Source: Deltaproteobacteria bacterium
GTDB lineage: Bacteria; Desulfobacterota; GWC2-55-46; UBA9637
Direction: 5' to 3'
DNA: 64,000 nucleotides
Assembly (NCBI GenBank): GCA_016214995.1
Contig: JACRML010000027.1
Span: forward strand, 1,766-65,765
In this document: positions 20,287 through 30,024 of the stretch, piece by piece
How positions within the stretch are numbered: position 1 is the first letter of the stretch
Layout: each line of letters starts with the position of its first letter
The notes under the pieces: model-generated
What the model was told of the DNA's origin: nothing
Database searches by the model: none
Seen by the model: only the letters and a program-made list of their open reading frames with translations
Made by a program: the position numbers and the translations under genes

Positions 20287-21843
20287 TCACCCCTCCGCCA
20301 TCCTCATCTCAAGTATCCTCTCTATATTAAAAACCCTTTCGTCCATCCTCTTTGTGCAGAATGCCTCTAAACCGAGAAACTTCTTTCCCTGATACTCCAG
20401 TTCTCCCATATATTTCGGGATAATTGTCCTCCTTGTTTTTTCATCCTTTGCCTTGAGATACACAATATCTAATTTTCTTTCTTCCTTTATTGCCAGTTCA
20501 ATCAGGCTAATCCTCTGTTCAAGAGGCTGTCTTTGTTTTGCCCGTTTATACTGATACTTTGTTACAAACTCCACAATTCTCCTGTCCATAAATATATGCT
20601 TCTTCATAATCGGCTTTTTCAGAATAATCCCATCAAGGTTAGTGCACCTTGACAGCGCCACATAAAGCTGCCCATGTGAAAATGTACCCCTGCCTATATC
20701 TATAATCATCCTGTCAAATGTCAAACCCTGACTCTTGTGAATGGTAACCGCCCATGCAAATTTGATGGGATACTGCGTGAATCTGCCTGTAATCTCCGAC
20801 GCTACCATATTTTTACTCCTATCATAATTAAATTCATACATCTCCCATGTGTAAGGCGCAACATCCACGCGCTCCCCGTCAGAGAGTTCCACCCATATTA
20901 CATCAGGCTCATTTTTAATCTTTTCAATCTCAACAATCTTTCCTATGCTTCCATTTATCCACCGTCCGGAAGAATCATTATTTAAGAGCATGACCTGCGC
21001 CCCGACCTTAATCGTAATATCCTCTGCTGTAGGCAAATCCTTTGCCTCAAAGTCTCCGTCAACTAAGCCGTGATACTTATATTCCTTTCCTTGAATCTCC
21101 GATAGTTTTTTCTGGTTGATGTTATCCGCAAGTTCATTTGTTGTAGTTAGGCAGATATAGAATTCCCCATTGTCCTCAAAATCCGGAAGGTGTTTTAAGT
21201 TTATAGCCGTGAAATCATCATCCGTTGCTGTATTATTCCTTATTGCATTCAGGATGTTCAGAAACCTTGCATCTTTCTGGCGATAGACCTTCTCAAGTTC
21301 AATAAATTCCATGTCCAGACCATTTGAAAAGACCTTTGAATCAAAAAAATACGGACTTTTGTAATAATCTGCAAAAATAGTCTTCTCACGGTATCGGACA
21401 ACAGGGGGAAGTTGATAGAGGTCTCCTATAAATATCATCTGTATTCCGCCGAAGGGAAGAGACTTCTTTTTGCCGTGGATCCTTAAAAATATATCTATGC
21501 AGTCAAGAATGTCAGCCCGCACCATGGATATCTCATCTACTACAATGGCATCAAGGTTTTTGTAAATAGATTTATCCCTTGGCCTAATCTTCTTTACGGT
21601 ATCAGGGGTTACATCTATCTTAAAGTTGAAGAATGAGTGGATGGTCTGTGCCTTCACATTCACCGCAGCCACGCCTGTCGGCGCGATAACCGCAATGGCC
21701 TTTTTTGTGCTGTCCCTGAAATGCTGAAGAAGGGTTGACTTGCCTGTGCCTGCCCTTCCTGTAACAAAGACATTCCTGTCCGTATCCTCCATGATATGGA
21801 GGGCTTTAAGGAAGTGTTCATTTAAATCAAGTTTAATAGACAT
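20287..21843 (-). CDS. Pif1/RecD-like SF1B DNA helicase with C-terminal WYL-like domain
   Basis: Walker [10 protein letters not shown], Walker B VVDEISMV, motif [14 protein letters not shown]-terminal ~70 aa ([53 protein letters not shown]) fit the WYL-domain pattern. Confidence 0.8.
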   Translation of the reverse strand: MSIKLDLNEHFLKALHIMEDTDRNVFVTGRAGTGKSTLLQHFRDSTKKAIAVIAPTGVAAVNVKAQTIHSFFNFKIDVTPDTVKKIRPRDKSIYKNLDAIVVDEISMVRADILDCIDIFLRIHGKKKSLPFGGIQMIFIGDLYQLPPVVRYREKTIFADYYKSPYFFDSKVFSNGLDMEFIELEKVYRQKDARFLNILNAIRNNTATDDDFTAINLKHLPDFEDNGEFYICLTTTNELADNINQKKLSEIQGKEYKYHGLVDGDFEAKDLPTAEDITIKVGAQVMLLNNDSSGRWINGSIGKIVEIEKIKNEPDVIWVELSDGERVDVAPYTWEMYEFNYDRSKNMVASEITGRFTQYPIKFAWAVTIHKSQGLTFDRMIIDIGRGTFSHGQLYVALSRCTNLDGIILKKPIMKKHIFMDRRIVEFVTKYQYKRAKQRQPLEQRISLIELAIKEERKLDIVYLKAKDEKTRRTIIPKYMGELEYQGKKFLGLEAFCTKRMDERVFNIERILEMRMAEG

Positions 21844-22001
21844 AAATAGAGGGGCATACAGGAAGCGGCTGCCTGTATCTGTATCTGGATTTGGATTCTA
21901 TGTTTTGCGATGCAACTGTTCTTAAAACCATATTTTTATTTTGCGTCATATTTTAAATCTTAAACCTTCTTGCTTCTCTCCTCGTCCTGTAATCTTTGCA
22001 G

Positions 22002-22044
22002 TAATGCCTGCCCATAGGTTGATAAAATCGCATATAAAGACAAC
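22002..22044. repeat. ~45-bp direct repeat, copy 1 (flanks the AbrB-PIN module)
   Basis: taatgcctgcccataggttgataaaatcgcatataaagacaac versus copy 2 at 22801. Confidence 0.75.
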
Positions 22045-22063
22045 CATCCCATTTTTTCATATC

Positions 22064-22498
22064 TTACTCACTTTTAAATATCCTTAAAAATTCCGAAGCG
22101 CTTACAATCTTGACAGACTTGTACCTGCCCATATCCAGCAAATCCTTGTCTCCTGTGATAATAAAATCCGCTGATGCAGATACAGCACAGCCAATGAATT
22201 TATCATCATCGGCGTCCCTGCATACTCCTTTGATTTTATCCGTAACTTCAATTACTTCAAAGAAAGGCAGAACTTCTTCCTCAATAATCACCTTCATCTC
22301 TTGTGCTGTCAGAGAAAATTTCGGATATTCAAGAACGGCCTTAAACTCGTCAAAAGTATCTCTGGAGAGAATTGGGATAATCTTGCCTTTTTTCCAAAGG
22401 TCTACGACTCTTGCAAGTTCGCCTTTAAACAGCAGAGACGATATAAGAATATTGGTATCAAGGACTATCTTGACTGCCGCTTTTTCTTTCTTGCCCAT
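22064..22498 (-). CDS. PIN-domain toxin (type II TA)
   Basis: IVLDTNILISSL ... CRDADDDKFIGCAVSASADFIITGDKDLL, the PIN acidic residues. Confidence 0.85.
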   Translation of the reverse strand: MGKKEKAAVKIVLDTNILISSLLFKGELARVVDLWKKGKIIPILSRDTFDEFKAVLEYPKFSLTAQEMKVIIEEEVLPFFEVIEVTDKIKGVCRDADDDKFIGCAVSASADFIITGDKDLLDMGRYKSVKIVSASEFLRIFKSE

Positions 22499-22713
22499 TT
22501 GACTGCCTCGTCAACAACACCTTCGGTAACGCCAAGTTTTTCCAGTTTGTCCCTTATGCCTTCAAGAGCCGCATCAGCAGGGGTTATCCTGACCGGCATA
22601 AGAATTATCTTTCTTTCCTTTACCGAAACATCAAAGTATTCGGCATCAGGGAACGACTTGACGACCTCCTTCGGCAGGGTTAGCTGATTTTTGGATGTCT
22701 TCTTTGCAAGCAT
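22465..22713 (-). CDS. AbrB/MazE/SpoVT-family antitoxin
   Basis: KNQLTLPKEVVKSFPDAEYFDV swapped-hairpin motif. Overlaps the PIN gene. Confidence 0.8.
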   Translation of the reverse strand: MLAKKTSKNQLTLPKEVVKSFPDAEYFDVSVKERKIILMPVRITPADAALEGIRDKLEKLGVTEGVVDEAVKWARKKKRQSR

Positions 22714-22800
22714 ATTTCCTTACCTCCTTACTGTAAGGATACATTATTTAGCCCAAATATTGCAATCATAAAATACAGCCAAAAAGATCCGCATGGTTTT

Positions 22801-22846
22801 TAATGTCTGCCCCCATAGGTTGACACAATCGTATATAAAGATAATC
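22801..22846. repeat. ~45-bp direct repeat, copy 2
   Basis: taatgtctgcccccataggttgacacaatcgtatataaagataatc; about 85% identical to copy 1. Confidence 0.75.
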
Positions 22847-22864
22847 GTTCTCAGTTTATCGCCG

Positions 22865-24250
22865 TTATTCTCTTAATATTATTTCCTCAACCCTCTGTTT
22901 AGCTTTATTAATAATTTCAGATGCCTCTGCTTTAAGCCTTTCAGCCTCTGACATTCGCTTTTTGACTTCTTCAGCGATTTTGTTTTGGATTTCAAGAGGA
23001 GGAAGGAGGAGTTGAATGTTTTTCAATGCGTTTTGACTTAAATGTCCCATAATAGCGCCAGTGCTGATTCTGTTAAATAACTGTTTGGTTATATTACTGT
23101 TCAACCAGATAGCAATATAATGAGGATTCACATTTTCTTTCTTTAACACAACTCTAAATATCTCTGAACTGATTATCGTTCTCTTATGCTCATCATCTAC
23201 AACGACTGCAATTCCATAAGTGCCTTTTCTTGTAATTAATAAATCTCCACTATCTAATTCAATGTCTTTTGATATGTTGAATGCCGGAATGAATTTAACA
23301 TCTATTAAATCAAAAGAATTAGGTTTTATGTTTGATACTCTGAGATATGGAATTCCCGTTTCTGTAAATTCTCGGAAATCTAGTCCGTTTATTATTTTGG
23401 TTGATATTGCCTCTAATGAGTAAGTCTCAAAAGGTGCATGTTGTATCGCTTCCATTAATTCTATAAACTTTGGCTGATAATAATAAGCATCCACTCTATT
23501 GTCCCGCATTTCTTCGGAGTCAACAACAAAGCACATCTTATCCTCAACCTCTGGAAGTTTTATGCCTAATTCGTCAAGGACATAGCTGTCAATAGAATCC
23601 AAAAGCCTCTGCACCTCGGCTTCCATTTGTTTCTTCTGAGAGTATGCAGACTGCATGATGTCAACGATTTTATTTTGAATTGAGAGAGGTGGGAGAGGGA
23701 TAAGTAAATTATTTATGACGGTTCTGTCCAGATAATTTACTGCATTATTTGCTATCAACAGTAAATTCATCTGTCTTTTGCTATTTTCAAAACATAAGGC
23801 GTAAACAATATACTTTGCGTTAATTCCTTCTTTGACCTGAAATCTAAATATACTTCCGTTTACGATTGCTCTTAGAGGTTCTTTCTCTACAAAACACACT
23901 GATTTGTTTGACGCAATCGTTGCTCCCTTTACAGCAAGCAATATATCATTCTGTCGTAATCGTGCTCTTTCATTTTTATTGTAAATCTCAGGTACAGGAA
24001 TTGAATTTGTAAAATCTATTTCAAAATCCGGCATCAATTCGGTTGCTCTCACCAAAAGTATCTCACCACCCTCTGAATAACATTCACTCGGTGGCAAAAC
24101 ACCGTAAGAACCACTGCCGATAATTGCCCCCAACTTGACTGAATATTTTGATTTTATCTGGTCGTTCAAAAAAGATTTAAATTGAGGCGTGTAACTGAAG
24201 GGATCGAATCTTTCTTTTATCTTATCTGCGTAAACAACAAAACACTGCAT
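22865..24250 (-). CDS. Restriction-modification specificity subunit (HsdS/BcgI-B-like, two TRDs)
   Basis: 461 aa with two target-recognition domains, each followed by the conserved helix ...PLPPLSIQNKIVDIM... / ...LLPPLEIQNKIAEEV.... Confidence 0.85.
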   Translation of the reverse strand: MQCFVVYADKIKERFDPFSYTPQFKSFLNDQIKSKYSVKLGAIIGSGSYGVLPPSECYSEGGEILLVRATELMPDFEIDFTNSIPVPEIYNKNERARLRQNDILLAVKGATIASNKSVCFVEKEPLRAIVNGSIFRFQVKEGINAKYIVYALCFENSKRQMNLLLIANNAVNYLDRTVINNLLIPLPPLSIQNKIVDIMQSAYSQKKQMEAEVQRLLDSIDSYVLDELGIKLPEVEDKMCFVVDSEEMRDNRVDAYYYQPKFIELMEAIQHAPFETYSLEAISTKIINGLDFREFTETGIPYLRVSNIKPNSFDLIDVKFIPAFNISKDIELDSGDLLITRKGTYGIAVVVDDEHKRTIISSEIFRVVLKKENVNPHYIAIWLNSNITKQLFNRISTGAIMGHLSQNALKNIQLLLPPLEIQNKIAEEVKKRMSEAERLKAEASEIINKAKQRVEEIILRE

Positions 24251-24251
24251 T

Positions 24252-26026
24252 TTATTTACCCTTCAAAAATTTTATATATTCCTCATAAATCCCGTCAAAA
24301 TCATTTGCCGGGTCTTCTCTGCCAGTAGCGTCATAGCCGATATGTTCGGCTATTGCCATGAAAATTGGATACTTTGTTAATTTTTCATTTTCGCCTTTTC
24401 TTCTTAAAAACACAAGTGAAGATTTAACACCTGCGCCATAATGAGTGAAGGCAAACTGCGGCAGAGATACAACAGCCAATATCTGGCATTTCTCCATTAT
24501 GAAATTTCTCACATACTGCAAGGAGGAGTTTGTTAAAATCCCGTCCGGCAGAACTATTCCAATCCTGCCTGTCTTAGGCTTCACAAATTCAATACAACGC
24601 TCGATAAACATTATTTCTGTCTTCTGATTCTTTTTGCCCTTGCCAAGCTCATACTTTTCTAAATAATTTTTCTCTGTTGATTTGACAGTTGCGCCAAACG
24701 GCGGGTTAGTGAGAATAATATCAAAATAATCCTTCTTGAAGCCTTTATGTATATCCGTAATTTCCTTAATATCCCTTAACGAATCTGTGCTGATTACATT
24801 GGTATGTCCATCATCATGAATAATCATATTCATTTTGCAGACCCTTGCAATCTGGTCGTTAATCTCAATGCCATAAAGATTATTCATGGCAAAATTATGC
24901 CAGTGTTCCCATGCTTCTCTATCGTCATAATTTTCTTCTGCAAACTTTTTGACTAAATCCATGGCATTAAGCAGGAAACCACCGCTTCCACAAGCAGGGT
25001 CTAAGATTAAATCAGTTCTTTCAGGATTTAGCATCTTGATGGCAAATTCAACAATTGGACGAGGAGTAAAGAACTGCCCCATCTTGCCTTTAAAAAAGTC
25101 CTGCATAAATCGCTCGAATGCGACCCCTTTAGTATCCAGATCAATCTTGTTTATAGCCAACTCCTGCAGGTGCTCAACTACATTATAGACAATCTTTGCG
25201 TCTAACCGAATGTCCTCTCTGAAAACCTCTGAGTCTTCCTTTTTTGCTTTTTGATAAATAGAATCAACTCTATCGTAAACTTCTTCTGCTGATTCATGAG
25301 TGCCAATTTGGAATTTGTAGGTATCGCCCTTCTTCGTACCCTTTTCGTCTTTCAGTTTGCAGAAAAGAAGTTTTGAAACTTCGTCAAAAGCTGTTGTTGG
25401 CGCAAGTCTGCCGCCCTGCCAGACAGTGTCGTGGGATTTCTCTAAAGCCCTGATGAGTTCTTCTCTTGAAACGACTTTTAAATCTCTTGCTGGATCGCCT
25501 TTAATGAACCTGTATTTCGGGGTTTTCCCATATCGTACAGAAACATCGGAGATTACATTTCTTTCTCTTTCGCTCGGGTTGAAACCCGCTACATCAAAGC
25601 TAGTTTTTGTTGTGCCGGCAATAACGGCAGCGAACTTTGCCCTTAAGCTGTTTGCATTGCCAAAAGCCTGTTCAATAGCCTGTTTAAATTCAGCATCTGT
25701 GATTCCGTCTTTTTTGCACTCAACAACCAGATAGGGCTTCTTAAGTTCGTCGTCTTCATAGATAACTATATCTGCCCTGTCTTCAGGTTTTCTTCGCGGA
25801 ACAATAACCTCGATGTCTATCTTTTGTTGGGATACTCATAATCCAGAACCAGTTCGGCAAAATAAGATGCCCTTACTTTCTCCTCGGGTTTTTTGAAACT
25901 TGTCGTATAGTCTCGGCTGCAGTGATATGTAATCTTGGAGTTATCAGCAGAAAAGGATATACAACCCTTTTCTACTCCACTTTGGATATTTTTCATAAAA
26001 ATTGAATCGTGATTGCTAGTTGTCAT
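24252..26026 (-). pseudogene. PD-(D/E)xK nuclease + gamma-class N6-adenine methyltransferase fusion (BcgI-A/type IIB-like), frameshifted
   Basis: ORF 25817..26026 ends ...YEYPNKR*. The next frame is open from 25835 to 24252 with no ATG/GTG/TTG until 25160, and reads KIDIEVIVPRRKPEDRADIVIYEDDELKKPYLVVECKK (D...ExK), then FTPRPIV, DPACGSGGFL (motif I) and LTNPPFG (motif IV). The frames overlap at a T4/A4 run (25822-25825). Confidence 0.7.
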
Positions 26027-26431
26027 TTTATAACCTCAATCAATATTTATAAATAATATTTTTGCCGCTCACAGCTGTAATTAGGCACAGCAACCATTAC
26101 CATCTATTCCATCTATCACAAATTTATGCTCAATAGAACATACTCTTGTTGATAAAGCAAAGTATCTCCCCGCTTCCGGCCGAGTTGCTGGAGTCTTTCA
26201 ATAACCTTCAAACTTGTCCCCCGTATCAAGTACGGGGCAGGCTCTGCAAGCCTGCCCTCGAATGCTTCTATCGGGGGTATTAAGCAGGGATCAGTGTCTG
26301 TGGCTTCGTTTATTTTTAGCATAACTATTTAAACAACCCCTCGGTATTGATATTACCCGCCATGTTTGACAAAACAATTTATCTCATGATAGATTGTTCT
26401 ATAAATTCTAACCTTTACCAAGGAGATTATT

Positions 26432-26602
26432 ATGAAATTGCATGTAATAATTGAACAGGATGAGGCAGGTTATTATGTTGCTGAAGTTCCTGCGCTTCCC
26501 GGCTGTCTTTCTCAGGGCAAAACTTATGAAGAAGCTGTGTCCAATATCAAAGAGGCTGTTGAAGCATGGCTTGAGGTAATGGAATCTAAACAGCAGTTAT
26601 AA
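26432..26602 (+). CDS. HicB-like (UPF0150) antitoxin-family protein, no HicA partner seen
   Basis: Not in ORF track (56 aa). AGGAG-N8-ATG, MKLHVIIEQDEAGYYVAEVPALPGCLSQGKTYEEAVSNIKEAVEAWLEVMESKQQL, the canonical HicB N-domain signature. Confidence 0.7.
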   Translation: MKLHVIIEQDEAGYYVAEVPALPGCLSQGKTYEEAVSNIKEAVEAWLEVMESKQQL

Positions 26603-26621
26603 CCACGGTCTACCAGTTCTC

Positions 26622-28298
26622 TCATTTTGCCATTCCTCCTAAACCCACATCTATCTCCCCAATCATCTCCCCTGCCCTTTGCTTGAACACGTTGCTCGGT
26701 ATATCCTGCATACGCATAAGTCTTGCTGCAATCGGGCTTGCGAGTATCTTATCCAAATATGTCCCCTCGCCTAATGCCTTTTTAGCCCTACCATAAAACT
26801 CAATTATGCACTTCATCATCCAATATTGTTTTTCCATGGTGCAGAATGCATCTGCATCGTTAAATACGCTCTGTCTTAAAAATACCTCCTTGACAAGCCT
26901 TCCAAGTTCCATGGTAAGCCTGTCTGCATCCCTATCTCGGAGTAAAATAGCATCTTCTGCCACTTCTCTCGTAAACCACTCTTTCAGTGAACTATAATAG
27001 AGGCTGAAACTTTTATTCCAGTCAACTGCCGGAAAGTGTCTCCTGTATGCCAGGTCTGTATCAAGGGCCCACAAAGCGCCCGCCACCCTTAGAGATGCCT
27101 GCGTTACCGGCTCGGAGAAATCTCCACCGGGCGGCGATACTGCGCTTACAATAGTAACAGAGCCTGTTCTTTCAACGTTGCCGAGACACTTTACCTTTCC
27201 CGCCCTTTCATAAAAATTTCCGAGCCGTGTTGCAAGATACGGCGGATAACCCTCTTCGCCCGGCATCTCCTCCATTCTGGATGATATCTCCCTGAGTGCC
27301 TCTGCCCATCTTGAGATAGAGTCTGTCATGAGCGCAACGTTGTATCCCATATCCCTGAAATATTCGGCGATAGTTGCGCCAATAAAGATAGACGCCTCCC
27401 TTGCTGCAACAGGCATATTTGATGTATTTACTATAAGGACGGTTCTTAAACTTAATGGCAGGCCAGTGGATGGATCTAAAAGTTTTGGAAAGTCTGTCAA
27501 GACCTCGGTCATTTCATTCCCACGTTCTCCGCATCCGACATAAACAATAATGCCTGATTTTGCATATCTTGCAAGGGTCTGCTCCACAATGGTCTTGCCT
27601 GTTCCAAATCCGCCCGGCACAATGGCTGCACCGCCCTCTGCCACCGGAAACATGGTGTCAAATATACGTTGACCTGTAAAAAAAGGGGTATCGGGCGACA
27701 ATCTTTGTTTAAACGGCCTGGGTTGTCTAACAGGCCATTCGTGATATAGCGAAATGGTGTTTTTATCTTCAAGGATTACAACAGGTTCATCACCTGCAAT
27801 ATTTCCGCTTTTTATCTCTTTAACAACGCCATTTTTATATGGCGGCACAAGAATTCTATGCTCTATACTTTCATTTTCTTTGACAATGCCAATAACATCT
27901 CCTGCACCAATAGCATCTCCTTTTTTTATTTTAGGAATAAATTCCCATGTTTTATCCAATAATACATCAACGTTAATCCCCCTGCTTATAAAATTGCCTG
28001 CCTTGAGCCTTAATGATTCAAGCGGCCTTTGTATACCGTCAAAAACATTTGATAGAAGGCCGGGGCCGAGCCTTATAGCAAGAGATTTGCCATAGTTTAC
28101 AACCTCCTGCCCGATTGAAAGCCCTGTTGTATCCTCATAAACCTGCAATATGGCCTGCTCCCCTTGAATCTTTATAATCTCGCCGAGAAGACCGTCTTTG
28201 CCGACAAAGGCGGTTGTGTGCATCTTAGCGCCGCTCATGCCTTTAGCGGTAACCGTTGGTCCGGAGATGCCGGAGATTTTTCCTTTGATGGTCTGCAT
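26622..28298 (-). CDS. atpA: V-type ATP synthase catalytic subunit A
   Basis: P-loop GGFGTGKT. 558 aa, with no intein-sized insertion. Confidence 0.95.
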   Translation of the reverse strand: MQTIKGKISGISGPTVTAKGMSGAKMHTTAFVGKDGLLGEIIKIQGEQAILQVYEDTTGLSIGQEVVNYGKSLAIRLGPGLLSNVFDGIQRPLESLRLKAGNFISRGINVDVLLDKTWEFIPKIKKGDAIGAGDVIGIVKENESIEHRILVPPYKNGVVKEIKSGNIAGDEPVVILEDKNTISLYHEWPVRQPRPFKQRLSPDTPFFTGQRIFDTMFPVAEGGAAIVPGGFGTGKTIVEQTLARYAKSGIIVYVGCGERGNEMTEVLTDFPKLLDPSTGLPLSLRTVLIVNTSNMPVAAREASIFIGATIAEYFRDMGYNVALMTDSISRWAEALREISSRMEEMPGEEGYPPYLATRLGNFYERAGKVKCLGNVERTGSVTIVSAVSPPGGDFSEPVTQASLRVAGALWALDTDLAYRRHFPAVDWNKSFSLYYSSLKEWFTREVAEDAILLRDRDADRLTMELGRLVKEVFLRQSVFNDADAFCTMEKQYWMMKCIIEFYGRAKKALGEGTYLDKILASPIAARLMRMQDIPSNVFKQRAGEMIGEIDVGLGGMAK

Positions 28299-28310
28299 AG
28301 CTGTTAGTTA

Positions 28311-28373
28311 AATAGCGAATTAGCGGATTAGCGAATTAGTTTTTCTAATCTCCAATTATCTAATCCCTAATTC
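28311..28373. repeat. Octamer-array hairpin (TAGCGAAT/TAGCGGAT ... CTAATC units)
   Basis: aatagcgaattagcggattagcgaattag tttttc taatctccaattatctaatccctaattc. Confidence 0.7.
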
Positions 28374-28374
28374 T

Positions 28375-28704
28375 CTATCTCTTAATTTTCACCTGATACC
28401 CTATTGCCCTTCTGATAAGCCGTGCGATATACGACTCCATCTCTACCTCGCTATGCCATGATTTTGGTGTATTTATCGGAACAATAACAGGTATGCCTGT
28501 CTTTCTAATCCTCTTTAAAATGCCTTCATCAACCTTTGTCAGCAATTTTTCTTCTATAGCCAGAAGGCCGTAGCCGCCGGTTTTTACGATGTCATTCAGA
28601 ACAGCCGTGATATCCTCACCCTCTTGAACCTCTTTGACCTCAACACCTGCAAGGTTAAAACCAAGAGATGTGTCTGGATATGTGATTACAAGGAGTTTGG
28701 ACAT
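28375..28704 (-). CDS. atpF: V-type ATP synthase subunit F
   Basis: MSKLLVITYPDTSLGFNLAGVEV..., the F-subunit fold pattern. ATG 28704 preferred over the TTG at 28719. Confidence 0.8.
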   Translation of the reverse strand: MSKLLVITYPDTSLGFNLAGVEVKEVQEGEDITAVLNDIVKTGGYGLLAIEEKLLTKVDEGILKRIRKTGIPVIVPINTPKSWHSEVEMESYIARLIRRAIGYQVKIKR

Positions 28705-28710
28705 ATCAAA

Positions 28711-28793
28711 AAGTTGCAAGTTCCAAGTTGCAGGTTTTAAGTTTAAAAAATGTAGTTCAAATCTTGAAACTTGTTACTTGAAACTTGAAACTT
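28711..28793. repeat. Heptamer-array hairpin (AAGTTGC / GAAACTT family)
   Basis: aagttgc aagttcc aagttgc aggtttt aagttta ... cttgaaa cttgtta cttgaaa cttgaaa ctt. The same family occurs at 47801-47843. Confidence 0.75.
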
Positions 28794-29838
28794 ATATTAT
28801 AAACCTTCTCACCTCAATTGCTGGTATGTCAAAAATCTTTGCACGGGCAATAAGCCTTAAATTTTTTACTTCCCTTATCTTTTTATAAACAAAACAGATG
28901 GCAAGGGCTATGCTTAACGGCTCCACCACAGTCAGCCTGCAAACTTTTTGTCTTAGCAGTTCCTCAAGCCGTTCCTCCAGAAAAAAAGCGTTCTCAGGTT
29001 CTGCTGAGCCAACTAACTTTTTCCAGTAGCTGTCTTTTAAGAAATCATAGAGCTCTTTCATAAGCTCGGTTTTATTCCGGCTCTTTGTGAGTCTCAAAAA
29101 ATCATCTTTATCAATTATATCCCCGCCGGCAAGAAAATAACCGCCGGCATCTGCAATGGCAATATCTTCACCAGCCAATTTTAATAATGTGGATATGTTT
29201 ATGCTGTCTACTCTCTGCGCTATAAACTGCTCAATTATTTTTTTATTTATATCGCTTCCAGCCGTGTCATAGATAGCATGGTTAGCAGCAAAGCGATCCA
29301 GGGCAAGTTCAAGAATTATGAGATGCCTTTCGCGCATATACTGCCCCATGACATGCTGCATGGGTCTTGCATATGGGCTTCCCCATGTAGAAAGAAGTTT
29401 TATAACCTCAAACACATCCCTCTGCTGGTTCAATTCCTTTAATGCAGACTCGTTCATCTCGCCGGCTGGTATGAGGACAGATGCGCTCTCATCGGGTGAA
29501 ACCCCATTTACCCTGGCCCTTAATATCGCCTTTAAGTTGTATACCTCCCATATAGAGAATATTGCCCGCAGTAAAACCCTCATCTCATCAGAAGAACAAC
29601 CCCACAATCCCTTGAAGGCCTTGGCAAGATTTCCCTTAAGCCCAGCCTCTATAACTTCTCTCTCATTTTTATACCTTGCAGAGGCTATCTCTATATCCCG
29701 TGCATAGGTGGTTGCTTTTAAATGACTTATGAAACTCTGAATACCATCTGAGGCAATAAGTCCGTCATATGCCTCTTTGGTAAGAAGTTCACCTTTCCAT
29801 GCCCTTATCCGGGCATTGAGATAACTCAAATCCATCAT
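28792..29838 (-). CDS. atpC: V-type ATP synthase subunit C (eukaryotic d-like)
   Basis: 348 aa all-helical protein. Position and size fit the C subunit. Confidence 0.8.
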   Translation of the reverse strand: MMDLSYLNARIRAWKGELLTKEAYDGLIASDGIQSFISHLKATTYARDIEIASARYKNEREVIEAGLKGNLAKAFKGLWGCSSDEMRVLLRAIFSIWEVYNLKAILRARVNGVSPDESASVLIPAGEMNESALKELNQQRDVFEVIKLLSTWGSPYARPMQHVMGQYMRERHLIILELALDRFAANHAIYDTAGSDINKKIIEQFIAQRVDSINISTLLKLAGEDIAIADAGGYFLAGGDIIDKDDFLRLTKSRNKTELMKELYDFLKDSYWKKLVGSAEPENAFFLEERLEELLRQKVCRLTVVEPLSIALAICFVYKKIREVKNLRLIARAKIFDIPAIEVRRFII

Positions 29839-29888
29839 AAAAATAAATTTTAAATTCTAAGAGCTTGTTGAAAAACTCAACAATCTCT

Positions 29889-29971
29889 GATTACACAGAT
29901 AAAAAATCAGATTACACAGATTAAAACTCCTTGAAATATCTGTGTAATCATTTTTTATAATCTGTGTAATC
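29889..29971. repeat. GATTACACAGAT cruciform: two direct + two inverted copies
   Basis: Forward copies at 29889-29900 and 29910-29921; inverted copies (ATCTGTGTAATC) at 29938-29949 and 29960-29971. Confidence 0.85.
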
Positions 29972-30024
29972 AAGGCTGTTGGTGTCTTTTTCAGCAGCCC
30001 TTTTTTCATGTTAACTGTTAGGCA

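Larger units (their letters stand above)
20287..26620. other. Accessory/defence island interrupting the V-ATPase operon between atpA and atpB
   Basis: atpA ends at 26622 and atpB starts at 20282. The interval contains only HicB, an R-M pair, a TA pair and a helicase; no ATPase subunit is missing. Confidence 0.75.

Noticed and set aside
26116-26322. 68-aa ORF considered as the missing HicA toxin
   Set aside because: The sequence is dominated by REP hairpins (PCLIPPIEAFEGRLAEPAPYLIRG). There is no HicA dsRBD-like motif, and the strand and order are wrong for hicAB.
26622-28298. Intein in V-ATPase subunit A
   Set aside because: The protein is 558 aa with a contiguous P-loop region and no insertion of intein size.
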